Shown: positions 20,258-32,337 of the stretch, piece after piece
How the letters are laid out: every line of letters begins with the position of its first letter
Position numbering within the stretch: position 1 is the stretch's first letter
Source: Verrucomicrobiota bacterium
GTDB taxonomy: Bacteria > Verrucomicrobiota > Verrucomicrobiia > Opitutales > Cerasicoccaceae
Direction: 5' to 3'
Assembly (NCBI GenBank): GCA_039818205.1
Contig: JBCBUK010000010.1
Location: 64,001 to 128,000, forward strand
DNA: 64,000 bases
The notes under the pieces: generated by a model
Seen by the model: the letters and a program-made list of their open reading frames with translations, nothing else
The model's database searches: none
Told to the model about the DNA's origin: nothing
Made by a program: the position numbers and the translations under genes

Positions 20258-21658
20258 TTACCCGAAAGTCGTGATCTTTTGCGATGAACGAAGATTTCCA
20301 GTGCCAACCTTCTGTTCCTTTTTGAGCTCCCGTCCGGTTGTGGTTAGAATATTGCGCATCTGGTCGGGGTCGACTGGCTTTGAGATGTAATAATTCATAC
20401 CGGCTTTGATGAAGCGCTCGCGGTCACCAGCGTTGGCAAAAGCGGTTGTGGCGACAATGGGAATGCTTTTGTTCTCATCACCACAAGCACCCTTTCGGAT
20501 CGCCGCGGTTGCTTCCAACCCGTCGACGTTCGGCATCATGATGTCCATGAAGATGAGATTGTAATTGTCTTTCTTGAGCTGCTCTTGCGCCTTTAGACCG
20601 TCGGTAGCGAAATCGGCGCGATGGCCCATCTTCTCCAGCATAGCCTTCATGGTCAGGCAGTTGAGAGCGTTGTCGTCGACGACCAAGACATTGAGCTCGA
20701 AAATATTTTGCGAAAGCGAAGTCTTGAGTAGCGAAGCGGCACTCAGGTTCTGGCCAACCTTGTTTTTCGAAGTGACGAACGCTTCGGCCACAAACTGAAT
20801 GTTGAATCGCGATCCGCCGACCTCACTCGGTTCATAGTGGATGCTTCCGCCAAGGCCAGATTCAACCATAAACTTGGAGATCGATAGGCCAAGACCAGTG
20901 CCTTCGTATTTGCGGGTCTTCGATTCGACCAGTTGATGAAATGGTTTGAAGAGTTGATCCGCCTTCTCTGGGTCAATCCCAATCCCTGTATCGGCAACTT
21001 GGAGGGCGATCTCAAACATCTGTTTTGAGCCCTTGTTGGAATGGTGTTGGAAAAACACCTCCATCTGGATGTGGCCTTTGTCGGTGTATTTGATCGCGTT
21101 GGAAACCAGATTCAAGAGTGCTTGGCGCAGACAGTTACGGTCACAGAAAACCTGGAGCTCCTTATCGGAATCCTGGTTAAACTCGAAAATGATGTCTTTG
21201 CGGGAGGCTTCTTCTTTGAACAACGAATGAATTTCTTCCGTTACCTCAGACAGGCTAAACCGCATTGGGTTGATCTCGAATTGGCCCGCATTGATCTTGG
21301 TATAGTCGAGAACGTTGGTCAAAATGGTCAACAAGGCTTCGGTGCTCTTGCTGATCGTCTTGAGGTACTCTTCTTGGTCGGGGCGAGGATCGGATGAAAG
21401 CAGAACTTCGGACAAGCCATTCAGACAGTTCAGGGGCGTCCGGATTTCATGACTCATGGTCGCCAAAAAGAGCTCCTTGGTTTGAGCGGTTTCTTCGGCG
21501 GATACCGCTTTGTCGCGGGCGTCGTCAATTTGTTCGTTCAACCGTTCATTCTTGTACCGTAAATCCGATTTGCCGCGGTTGCCCGCGCGGAATGCTAACA
21601 GTGTTAGGATGAGACCGGCGATGACGAAGACGACTTCCTTACTATTGAGGAATTCCAT
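20258..21658 (-). CDS. Hybrid sensor histidine kinase/response regulator
   Basis: N-terminal TM, FLATMSHEIRTPLN H-box, NLVSNAIKYT, DTGIG, GTGLGL, receiver VVDDN..FMDIMMP..KP. Confidence 0.95.
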   Translation of the reverse strand: MEFLNSKEVVFVIAGLILTLLAFRAGNRGKSDLRYKNERLNEQIDDARDKAVSAEETAQTKELFLATMSHEIRTPLNCLNGLSEVLLSSDPRPDQEEYLKTISKSTEALLTILTNVLDYTKINAGQFEINPMRFSLSEVTEEIHSLFKEEASRKDIIFEFNQDSDKELQVFCDRNCLRQALLNLVSNAIKYTDKGHIQMEVFFQHHSNKGSKQMFEIALQVADTGIGIDPEKADQLFKPFHQLVESKTRKYEGTGLGLSISKFMVESGLGGSIHYEPSEVGGSRFNIQFVAEAFVTSKNKVGQNLSAASLLKTSLSQNIFELNVLVVDDNALNCLTMKAMLEKMGHRADFATDGLKAQEQLKKDNYNLIFMDIMMPNVDGLEATAAIRKGACGDENKSIPIVATTAFANAGDRERFIKAGMNYYISKPVDPDQMRNILTTTGRELKKEQKVGTGNLRSSQKITTFG

Positions 21659-21944
21659 ACCTAATTATTTGGGGGTTATTCTTCGATTTCCAGGAAATTT
21701 TATAGAAATTTTATAAGTGACTTGCCCTAGCTTATCGGAGCTGATTAAACTAAGTTAAGTTCGAATTGATTAAAGTTTATCGTCTCCACCTAGTCTGCTG
21801 GGGGTTAGGGCCTATTTCTTCATGGATTTGCCCTGAATTCTGGCATCCATCTATCCGTTTCAAGCCGGCTTAACGTTGTTTAGCGAGCTTTAGAGATTGC
21901 GGAGGCAGCGGGAATAGATTGTGATTTGGTAGCTCTTTTCCACT

Positions 21945-22718
21945 ATGAATATACCAAGCTACTCTTTGGCCGTTCTCGGCCTGTTCTTTTGGGCGCTCGT
22001 TGGTGCTGCCCAGGACAAACCCGCTGAAAATGCAGCACCAAAAGATCCGTATGCAATCGGATTGATTCAACGTGCTGCTTCGTATCTTGCTGGGCAAGAA
22101 CACTTTAGTGTCCAATCTGAGATTTGGGACGATATGTTCGTCGAAGGGAGTCTCTTACAGTTTGACCGCACGGTAGAAGTGGTGGTGCGTCGTCCGGACC
22201 GCATCCGCATGGATATTTCAACGACGATTCCGACCCGGAGCATCTTTTACGATGGGGACACGGTTACCATGGTCGACCAGCGCACCAACCAATATGGGGT
22301 CACGAAGGGCGCAGGAAGCATCGACGAAACGATCACGATGATTGACTCAAAGTATGACGTCGAGTTTCCCATGGAGGATTTGTTGTTCAGCAAGCCGTTT
22401 GGAAATGCTGCCGAGACGGCACTTGGGGCTCAATATCTGGGTAAAACCGTGATTCTTGGCGTCGAGTGCGACCACGTGGCGTTTCAGCACCAAGTTCTCG
22501 ACTGGCAGGCTTGGATTGCCACGGGCCCGGTTCCCACACTGCGGAAAGTGGTAATTGATTACAAGCGGCCAACCAACAACCCACGCACGACGGCTATTTT
22601 TTCCGACTGGGATTTTACGACGCCCATGCCGGATTTCGTTTTTGAATTCACTCCAATGGCCTACCAGGACGAGATCGAGGTGTTGCCTCAAACCTCTCCG
22701 ATGGCTCCAAGGAAATAA
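21945..22718 (+). CDS. Periplasmic DUF2092-family protein
   Basis: Signal peptide; V.RPD..R, YDG..T, G..CDH.AF....DWQ.WI..G..P..RK.VI pattern. Confidence 0.8.
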   Translation: MNIPSYSLAVLGLFFWALVGAAQDKPAENAAPKDPYAIGLIQRAASYLAGQEHFSVQSEIWDDMFVEGSLLQFDRTVEVVVRRPDRIRMDISTTIPTRSIFYDGDTVTMVDQRTNQYGVTKGAGSIDETITMIDSKYDVEFPMEDLLFSKPFGNAAETALGAQYLGKTVILGVECDHVAFQHQVLDWQAWIATGPVPTLRKVVIDYKRPTNNPRTTAIFSDWDFTTPMPDFVFEFTPMAYQDEIEVLPQTSPMAPRK

Positions 22719-22748
22719 AACCGACCGCTAACCCTCTATTATTAAGTC

Positions 22749-23468
22749 ATGAATATGTCTCTATTTAAGATCACGATATTGGCTGCGATGGTGGCCTTGG
22801 TTCCTGTTGCCGAAATGCAAGCCCGGGGGGTTGGCCGAAGTGTCGGTGGCCTCGGCGGCGGCGGCGGCGGTGGTGGTGGATTTGGCGGTGGCGGTGGTCT
22901 CCGCGGTGGCGGAGGAGGCGGAGGCGCCTTTGAACGAAGCGGTGGCGGCATCGGCGGTGGCGGAGAGGCCAATCGCGATTTCAACCGCAATAACAACAAC
23001 AACAACGCCAACATCAACCGCAACAACATTAACACGAACGTTAATCGCAACAATGCGAACATTAACGTGAACGGTGGCGACACCCGGGTCAACGTGAACA
23101 AGAACGTGGACGTCAACGTAAACGGTCGTTACTATCACAACGGCTGGCACGATGACAATTGGGGCGCGTTTGCGGCCGGTGCGGTAACGGGTTTGGCTAT
23201 TGGTGCCATCGTTTCGCGACCTCCGGCTGGATACGTACCGGTTTATGTCGGGCCGACTCCATACTACTATTACGGTGGCGTTTACTATCAGTCGGGATCG
23301 AGTGGCTATGTCGTTGTTGCGCCTCCGGTAGGTGTGATTGTTCCGACTCTCCCTCCGGGTTCCACGACCACCAACGTCAACGGTGTGACTTATTTCGTTT
23401 TCAACAACACGTATTATCTGCCGGTTATGGTGAATGGCGTGACTCAGTACAAGGTCGTGACCGTTTAG
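22749..23468 (+). CDS. Secreted low-complexity protein: Gly-rich, Asn-rich, then Tyr/Val/Pro-rich (DUF6515-like) C-terminus
   Basis: Signal peptide; poly-G; NRNNNNNNANINRNNIN; YYYYGGVYY..YVVVAPPVG..V..LP. Confidence 0.8.
   Translation: MNMSLFKITILAAMVALVPVAEMQARGVGRSVGGLGGGGGGGGGFGGGGGLRGGGGGGGAFERSGGGIGGGGEANRDFNRNNNNNNANINRNNINTNVNRNNANINVNGGDTRVNVNKNVDVNVNGRYYHNGWHDDNWGAFAAGAVTGLAIGAIVSRPPAGYVPVYVGPTPYYYYGGVYYQSGSSGYVVVAPPVGVIVPTLPPGSTTTNVNGVTYFVFNNTYYLPVMVNGVTQYKVVTV
22853..23120 (+). repeat. Coding low-complexity tracts (GGC/GGT)n and (AAC)n
   Basis: Direct inspection; the tracts encode the Gly and Asn runs. Confidence 0.8.
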
Positions 23469-23522
23469 CCATCAGAATACGTTGATCAATTGGTCACTGC
23501 GCTTAGACGCCGCCGAAACGAA

Positions 23523-24413
23523 CTACGGGACGAAGTTGAACGTCTTCGTGCAATCGAGGAAGGCCAGCTGAGTCGTCGATGGAATGTGGCGGTTCATCCA
23601 GACCAAACGTACTTCTCGAATGTAGGGGTCGGGGGAGACCGAATGGAACTTCACCCGACGACCCGAGTGGCGGGAGACCGCCATTTTGGGGGTGAAAGTA
23701 AAGCCAAGTCCGAGCTCAACAAGGCCGATCAGCGTATCGATCTGCGTACTTTTGAAGCTGATCTCGGGAGCCAGGTTAGACGATCGACAGAAGACTTTGC
23801 TTTGTTCGGATAGGCAATGGGCTTCTTTCAAGAGCAACAGCTTCTCGTTCTTTAGCTCGTTCACGCTAAACTTTGACTCCTTGTTCAATGGATGATCCAG
23901 GGGCAATGTTAGCAGTAACTCGTCTTCGCTCAGGGTAATGTAATCGACATCCTGATCGATCTTCGTCGGTGGACTGATCAACGCGAAATCGATGTCTCCC
24001 TGGCGCAGCTTACTGATCAAAACATCCGTGGTATCCTCCACCAACTCGTATTGGATATCGGGGAAGCTGCTGCGCACATGCTGGATCATGTGGGGCATCA
24101 GATAGGGTGCGATTGTCGGTATGCCGCCGATTTTGACGCGTCCTGTAACGCGTTGGCTGGACTCGTCGATGAAGCTGCGGGCAGAGTCTACGGAGTCGAT
24201 GATGCTCCGTGCATAAGGCAGAAAACGGCCTCCAAGTTCCGACAGGCGAGTGCCGTCCCGTGATCTAAGGATCAGCTGCCCGCCGACTTCGTCTTCGAGC
24301 TTTTTTATCTGCTGGCTCAGCGATGGCTGGGAAATGTGGCAGACCTGGGCGGCTTTGGAGAAGCTCGACCAGCGAGCGACTTCAAGGAAATACTTTACAC
24401 GATGGATCTCCAT
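23523..24413 (-). CDS. oxyR: LysR-family regulator, OxyR-like
   Basis: LysR HTH (SFSKAAQ.CHISQPSLSQQIKKLE), IPTIAPY, LLLKEAHCL....FC with both redox-position Cys; divergent from katG. Confidence 0.82.
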   Translation of the reverse strand: MEIHRVKYFLEVARWSSFSKAAQVCHISQPSLSQQIKKLEDEVGGQLILRSRDGTRLSELGGRFLPYARSIIDSVDSARSFIDESSQRVTGRVKIGGIPTIAPYLMPHMIQHVRSSFPDIQYELVEDTTDVLISKLRQGDIDFALISPPTKIDQDVDYITLSEDELLLTLPLDHPLNKESKFSVNELKNEKLLLLKEAHCLSEQSKVFCRSSNLAPEISFKSTQIDTLIGLVELGLGFTFTPKMAVSRHSGRRVKFHSVSPDPYIREVRLVWMNRHIPSTTQLAFLDCTKTFNFVP

Positions 24414-24418
24414 TGGCC

Positions 24419-24464
24419 ATAGGCTATGCCAATACCACACATATTTCAAATATATTATGCCTAT
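24419..24464. promoter_or_regulatory. Putative OxyR binding boxes
   Basis: ATAG-N7-CAAT (24419-24433) and ATAT-N7-CTAT (24450-24464), each one mismatch from ATAG-N7-CTAT, in the oxyR/ankyrin divergent gap. Confidence 0.6.
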
Positions 24465-24490
24465 GGGTAGGTTAATGATATCTTGTGGTC

Positions 24491-24988
24491 ATGGAAACCG
24501 AGAACCCCGCTAACCAAGCTGACGAGCAAAGCACTCAACAGCAACCGCTGGACCTTGCAAGGGCCGGCCAGACCGAGGCACTTCACGCCTTGCTCGAGAA
24601 AGGATTCAACCCAAACTTCCGCGACGAGAAGGGCCAGAGCCTTCTGATGTTGGCCTCCTACAACGGCCACTATGAAACCACAAAGCTCCTCCTCGAGTAC
24701 GGGAGCATTGTTGATCTCCGCAACTTGCGGGGGCAAACCTCGTTGGGCGGCGCCGCTTTCAAGGGGTATCTTGATGTGGTCCAGTTATTGGTCGAGCACG
24801 GTGCCGATGTGAATGGGGACAATGGCTACGGCCTCACTCCGCTAGCATTGGCCAAGATGTTCGCCCAAGAGTCGGTCGAAGCTTACCTGCTCTCAAAAGG
24901 AGGGCGGCAATCCGTAGGCACTGCAATGGCGTCAATCCCTGGCCAGGTCTTGAAGACGATTCGCAACGCACGCGTTCGTCAGGCTTGA
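24491..24988 (+). CDS. Ankyrin repeat protein (AnkB-like catalase accessory)
   Basis: G.SLLMLASYNGH, GQT.LGGAAFKG, GLTPL..A.MF repeats. Confidence 0.9.
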   Translation: METENPANQADEQSTQQQPLDLARAGQTEALHALLEKGFNPNFRDEKGQSLLMLASYNGHYETTKLLLEYGSIVDLRNLRGQTSLGGAAFKGYLDVVQLLVEHGADVNGDNGYGLTPLALAKMFAQESVEAYLLSKGGRQSVGTAMASIPGQVLKTIRNARVRQA

Positions 24989-25021
24989 GACTCTTTTCCC
25001 CGTATTCCTTTAATCCAATAA

Positions 25022-27262
<2,241 letters not shown>

Positions 27263-27308
27263 TTATTTGATCGTCGGCTGAAGTCGACAATTTGTAGTGA
27301 GCAAGTTT

Positions 27309-27346
27309 CACCACGGTCTCATCAAGGCCGTGGTGTTTACTTTTAT
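27309..27346 (+). terminator. Rho-independent terminator after katG
   Basis: CACCACGG...CCGTGGTG stem followed by TTTACTTTTAT. Confidence 0.7.
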
Positions 27347-27569
27347 GATTTCGGAAAACTGCGGGTCAGTATTCTAGCTGAACCCACCGGTTCTTCTGCC
27401 GAAAGACTCTTGTCAGACTGTTTCCTAGTTACCTATTAAACAACTTTTTAGCTGAACTCGGGAGAATACTATGAAACAGCTGTCAAAGATCCATGAATCG
27501 GGATGAATGACTAGCATGAGATGAAACAACGGGGTATATAGGTGTCAGATAACTGGCATACATCGAACC

Positions 27570-28073
27570 ATGAGACAACGTTCGCTCATCTTATTCACGA
27601 CCACACTATTAGTCCTTGCTGTAATTAGCTTGCGCGTGGAGTGGTCGGCGTTTGATGCCCAGCTTGTACCCAAAGAAAACAACGAACCCAAGACTCAACA
27701 TGATCATACGCCCCCGTCTGAAGAAGTTTCCGATAACATTTCGCCCGAGCTCGTTCTGCCCGAGTCCAGTGCGCGCGAGCAGCTGGCAGCCGACTCCTCG
27801 GATCAGTTGCGAACCATTGACCCCACGGACCCCTCCTTGCCCAAGGAACTAAGGGAAGCGCTCGCTCGAATGAATTGGTCCCATGAGGGCTTGGAGCTGG
27901 TCGAACATTCCGATGGTCGGCTTTCCGTGGATACCTCTCAGCACTTTCAGCACATGGCAGTTATCAAGACAAATGCCAGAGGCGAAACGATTGTCGTTTG
28001 TGCGGCTCATCCCGGCGAAGTGCTTGCCGGGCCCTATTCATCCGTACATTCGGAAGACTACGCCGAACGGTAG
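27570..28073 (+). CDS. Exported small protein upstream of PA-domain peptidase
   Basis: N-terminal signal/anchor, disordered linker, S.EGL.....DG..VD....F....V.....G.....C C-terminal motif. Confidence 0.7.
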   Translation: MRQRSLILFTTTLLVLAVISLRVEWSAFDAQLVPKENNEPKTQHDHTPPSEEVSDNISPELVLPESSAREQLAADSSDQLRTIDPTDPSLPKELREALARMNWSHEGLELVEHSDGRLSVDTSQHFQHMAVIKTNARGETIVVCAAHPGEVLAGPYSSVHSEDYAER

Positions 28074-28127
28074 TTAAGGTGAGTCGCAGCGAAGTTACTC
28101 GAGTTTGTTTATCGCGCCAATCATCTC

Positions 28128-29921
28128 ATGAAGGTTACCACACTCTCAGTCCTTTGCCTGTTCGGGAGCCTGCTGGCTTCGTATTCCGTTCGGGCTGCAG
28201 ACTTTGTTTTTGTTAATCAGGATGCCGCTGGTGTTGGTCTTAATGACACGACTCCAGTTTCTCCGGTTGGCGGTAACCCAGGCACAACCCTGGGGCAACA
28301 ACGGCTCTTTGCACTTGAAGAGGTTGGTCGAATTTGGGGACAGTTTTTGCAGAGCGATGTACCGATTCGGGTCGGTGTGCGCTTTGGTGATCTTGGTAGT
28401 GGAGGAGCCTTAGCGCAAGCGGGGCCAGATAGCTTTGAGGTTAACTTCACAGGCGCTCCAGAGCGTGATGTCTTTTACCCGATTGCGTTGGCGAACAGTC
28501 TCGCGGGTTTCGACTTAGAGCCGACGCGTAATGACTTGTCCACGACGATCAATATCAACCTCGACAGCACGGTGCCTCGTCGTTGGTACTATGGCTTCGA
28601 TGGTCAGCCTTCTGGTTCCCAGGTCGACTTTATCGATGTCGTGTTGCATGAAGTAGGGCATGGTCTGGGATTTTCCGCTGTCACTAGCTTTACTTCTGGC
28701 AATTTCCTTTTTGGCCGACCGGCCGTCTACGCAACCTTTCTGGAGGACCTGACACTGGGGCTTCGTTGGACCGAGATGACGAGTGCTCAACGTCTGGCTT
28801 CAGTGAACAATGATCCGAATGTGGTTTGGAATGGACCCAGTACCATTGCCGGTGCGCCGAGTATCCTGCAGGCTGGCAATATTAGCTTTGAAGCTACGAG
28901 CCCTGCGTCATTCGCTCGCAGCTTCAGTTTTGCTGAGGCTGGTTTTGGTCCAGCGATCACGGGGAATCCGATCACGGCGGAGATCGTCGAAATCATTGAT
29001 GGCGCCGAGCCAACCAATGATGCCTGCAGCGACATTTTGAACGGCTTCGAACTAGCCGGTAAGATCGCTTTCCTATCACGGGGCACCTGTAATTTTGATG
29101 ACAAAATATTTCGTGCACAGCAAGCCGGCGCGATCGCTGTGGTCGTTGGCAACAATGTAGGTGGGGCTCCGATTGTCATGGGCGGCGATTCGGTGGTAAA
29201 TGGCCAGCCAGTCACCATCTCGATTCCGAGCATCATGATTTCGCAAACGGATGCCAGTGCGATTCGAGCACAGCTCGATGCCGCGACAACCGTGATTGTC
29301 CGTCTCGGAGCTAGCGGCGAACTGTTTGGTGCAAACCAAGGGAAGGTCCGGGTTCATGCGCCTTCAAGTACCGCTTCCGGTTCGTCCATCTCGCATTGGA
29401 GTACGGCAACGTTCCCCAACCTGCTCATGGAGCCTTCGATCAATCGGAACTTACGCGATGACCTTGATCTCTCCCTGACCGCCTTGCGGGACATGGGTTG
29501 GGTAGTCCTTGATATCCCATACCCACACCTGACCCTTGAGCTGTGGCAGGAGGAAAATTTTCCTTCGGCAGGTAGTAGTGCCCTCGCAAATGCTGATCCT
29601 GATTTTGACGGGCTGACCAACCTTGAGGAATATGCCTTCGGCGAGAATCCTAATTCTTCCACCTCTAATGCGTTCCCGGTCTTCCAAAGTATGGGTGACA
29701 CGCAGTCCATCGCCTACAGCCGTAGCGTTACGGCCACGGACATCAACTACTCGTACGAATATAGCACAGACCTTACGAACTGGCTTCCTGCCGAGGTTGG
29801 TGTGGACATCGGTGCTGAGGTCACAACGCCGCTCGGGAGCGAAGCGGAGCGAGTTTCCGTTGAAATTATTCGGAATGATCCTCGGGTGTTCCTGCGTCTG
29901 CGGCTAGAGCAGGTGATGTGA
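28128..29921 (+). CDS. Secreted zinc metallopeptidase with inserted PA domain and C-terminal extracellular tail
   Basis: Signal peptide; VLHEVGHGLGF zinc motif; PA domain GKIA...RG.C.F..K...AQ.AGA; SS.SHW..LLMEP; D.D.DG..NL.EYA.G..P tail. Confidence 0.9.
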   Translation: MKVTTLSVLCLFGSLLASYSVRAADFVFVNQDAAGVGLNDTTPVSPVGGNPGTTLGQQRLFALEEVGRIWGQFLQSDVPIRVGVRFGDLGSGGALAQAGPDSFEVNFTGAPERDVFYPIALANSLAGFDLEPTRNDLSTTININLDSTVPRRWYYGFDGQPSGSQVDFIDVVLHEVGHGLGFSAVTSFTSGNFLFGRPAVYATFLEDLTLGLRWTEMTSAQRLASVNNDPNVVWNGPSTIAGAPSILQAGNISFEATSPASFARSFSFAEAGFGPAITGNPITAEIVEIIDGAEPTNDACSDILNGFELAGKIAFLSRGTCNFDDKIFRAQQAGAIAVVVGNNVGGAPIVMGGDSVVNGQPVTISIPSIMISQTDASAIRAQLDAATTVIVRLGASGELFGANQGKVRVHAPSSTASGSSISHWSTATFPNLLMEPSINRNLRDDLDLSLTALRDMGWVVLDIPYPHLTLELWQEENFPSAGSSALANADPDFDGLTNLEEYAFGENPNSSTSNAFPVFQSMGDTQSIAYSRSVTATDINYSYEYSTDLTNWLPAEVGVDIGAEVTTPLGSEAERVSVEIIRNDPRVFLRLRLEQVM

Positions 29922-30044
29922 GCTCGGGATCGTGCTGTAGACCGAGTCGATTTCGTTTGCCTGATCATCGCTGGGAAGTCGCCGCTTTCGATAAATCAGC
30001 ATCTGTTTCTTGATTTTCGCCGTTAGCTGAATTCAAGAGAGACT

Positions 30045-30428
30045 ATGACATTGCAATTTTTAGGCCGTTGGTTTCTTGGGTTTGGCGCATTTTTGATCGT
30101 GTGTGGAGTTCTTGGATTTCTATCGAACCCAGAGAAAGCGAAGACTGCCTTGATGAGCGGTGGCACCTTCGGCCTGCTCTCAATTGGGTGGGGATTTTGG
30201 ATTCTTAAGGGAGGGCGAAAGGTTGCTTGGATTGCTGCAGCTGGGACCACGCTTTTGTTGATCGCCGCGTTTACCTGGCGATCGATTGCGAGCTGGCAGG
30301 CGTATTTTGCCGGGGAGCCCAAGCTTATTGCGGCTGTCTTGATTACTGCAATGTGGATTGGATCAGCGGCAAGCCTCGTCGTTCTCATGAAGACACGCTC
30401 GCTGTCCTTTGGGGCGGCTACGAGCTAA
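30045..30428 (+). CDS. TMEM14-family small membrane protein
   Basis: Four short TM helices; G..GF.....K.AL.SGG.FG pattern. Confidence 0.7.
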   Translation: MTLQFLGRWFLGFGAFLIVCGVLGFLSNPEKAKTALMSGGTFGLLSIGWGFWILKGGRKVAWIAAAGTTLLLIAAFTWRSIASWQAYFAGEPKLIAAVLITAMWIGSAASLVVLMKTRSLSFGAATS

Positions 30429-30640
30429 GCTTCCCGAGTTTGACCGATTCCCAATAGTGGTGCGACGTGGTTTCAGTCATGAACATTGGTGTTTTGTGTG
30501 TGCCAACTCGACCATTGAGATAAGAGGAACTGGCCTGCGCGACACCGTCGGAGGTTTTCAGGGGCCTTGATTTCTGGAGCCGAACGATGGTTACTGTTAT
30601 CGTTGCTCCTGGCATATAATTCTGTTCACAATCGCTATCT

Positions 30641-31705
30641 ATGGAACTGTTGATCGTATATGTTCTGATTGCCTTGGTGTTCTCGTTCTTGTGCTCCTTG
30701 CTCGAGGCGACTCTCTTGACCATTAGTCCGTCGAAGGTTGAATCGGCGAAGTCCGGAGGGCTTCCCTGGGGAAAGCGGATGGAAAGATTGAAGGATGACA
30801 TTGATCGTCCGCTGTCGGCAATTTTGACACTCAATACGATTGCACATACTATGGGTGCCGCTGGTGCTGGTGCGCAGTATGCGCGGGTCTTTGGGAATGT
30901 TGGAGAGTCGATTTTCGCTGCTATTTTGACGCTGCTTATTTTGATCTGCACAGAGATTATCCCAAAGACATTAGGCGCTAGATATGCTCAGTTTTTTGCA
31001 CCCTTTGTTTCGTGGTTCTTGCCGGGCTTGATAGGCCTCCTGAGCCCTCTGGTTTGGTTCAGCAAGAAGATCACGCGCCTTATTACCCGCGGTGATGCTA
31101 CAGTAGCGCATACTGATCGCGATGAGCTCATGGCGATGGCCAACCTGGGTGAGGAAGAAGGGGTGATTGATCAGCACCAGAAAAGCGTTTTTCAGAACAT
31201 CCTGATGCTCGATTCAGTCAAAGTTCAGGACATCATGACGCCCCGGCCAGTCGTGTTTATGCTCTCTGAAGACACCACCGGATCTGAGTTTGTCCAGCTC
31301 ACCCAAGACAAGCCGTTTACCCGCATACCGATCTATGGAAAGACCAGAGATGAGGTGGCGGGATTTGTCGTGCGAGCGGAGGTGTTGAACAAGAAATTGG
31401 TTTCGCCGGACGAGTTTACGATCAAGGAGCTCAGTCGTCCGATTAATGTAACGCCCGAAACCGAAGCCGTTGACTCATTGTTTCGTCGGCTTTCCAAGGA
31501 GAAGACCCACATCAATTTGGTTACTGATGACTTTGGTTCTGTTTCGGGAGTAGTCACCTTTGAAGATGTTATCGAAACGGTGCTTGGGTTTGAGATCGTG
31601 GACGAAACCGATCTTCACCAGGACCTGCAAGCACTGGCACGGAAGCTGTGGCAGGCACGCGCAGAGCGCATGGGAATCTCGACCGAGAACGAGCCGAATG
31701 ATTAG
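30641..31705 (+). CDS. CNNM (DUF21) + CBS-pair protein (CorC/HlyC family)
   Basis: FSFLCSLLEATLL, LSAILTLNTIAHT.GA, EIIPKTLG, DIMTPR, G.VT.ED.IE..LG.EI.DE.D. Confidence 0.93.
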   Translation: MELLIVYVLIALVFSFLCSLLEATLLTISPSKVESAKSGGLPWGKRMERLKDDIDRPLSAILTLNTIAHTMGAAGAGAQYARVFGNVGESIFAAILTLLILICTEIIPKTLGARYAQFFAPFVSWFLPGLIGLLSPLVWFSKKITRLITRGDATVAHTDRDELMAMANLGEEEGVIDQHQKSVFQNILMLDSVKVQDIMTPRPVVFMLSEDTTGSEFVQLTQDKPFTRIPIYGKTRDEVAGFVVRAEVLNKKLVSPDEFTIKELSRPINVTPETEAVDSLFRRLSKEKTHINLVTDDFGSVSGVVTFEDVIETVLGFEIVDETDLHQDLQALARKLWQARAERMGISTENEPND

Positions 31706-32337
31706 ATCGGACTTTCTCGGAACTGTGTTCTGAGGCGATCGTGGAACGCGCAAATATGCCTTGGATACATCTGGACAATTTCGAAGTGAGACGACGGTGA
31801 ATTGATAGCTTTGAATCACAAGCGCGTAACCACCTATATCGGTTCTGCGCAATTGGAGATAAAATTTACGCCATTGACCATTGGCTGAGTCCCGGAAATT
31901 TGTTAAGCTATAAGTCTCCCCTGTTCGTCAGTCGATGGCATCCGTTTGCCTGACGAATTTTGACTCCCCCATCTCATTATTACTGAATTTATCATGTAAA
32001 CTAGTTACCCAATTCGGTTTGGGTAATCAGACGCTTTGGCTGCATCGGATTCCGAAACGTATCTCTCCTGGCAACCCTTGATCTGATTCTCCAGGCCTGA
32101 CCGCCATCCCACTCCCTCTCCCATAGCGAGAGCCCTCTGCGGCTTGAGCATCTTATACCGGTAAGCATATGCGAACCGGCTCTGCCTACGTGTGCTTGTT
32201 GATATCAGTGTCGTGTTGGGCATGGGAGTAGAGGCGAGAATCGGACTCGGTCAAATCAGCTCGATGCTGATGTATCACCGATGCTGGTCTGCAAACCCAC
32301 TTACACCTCCAAAGAAATCATCACTACCAATAAATCT

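Noticed and set aside
20258..21658. Hybrid histidine kinase as part of the TIR/STAND system
   Set aside because: Convergent orientation, separate promoter, generic architecture; no sequence evidence of linkage
22853..23120. Short tandem repeats as CRISPR or VNTR
   Set aside because: Codon-level low complexity inside a CDS; no repeat-spacer structure and no cas genes in the window
30510..30580. GAGGAACTGGCC..GACACC segment faintly like a SAM-I riboswitch
   Set aside because: Lacks the GCAACC and GGTGC core elements; downstream gene is unrelated to sulfur metabolism
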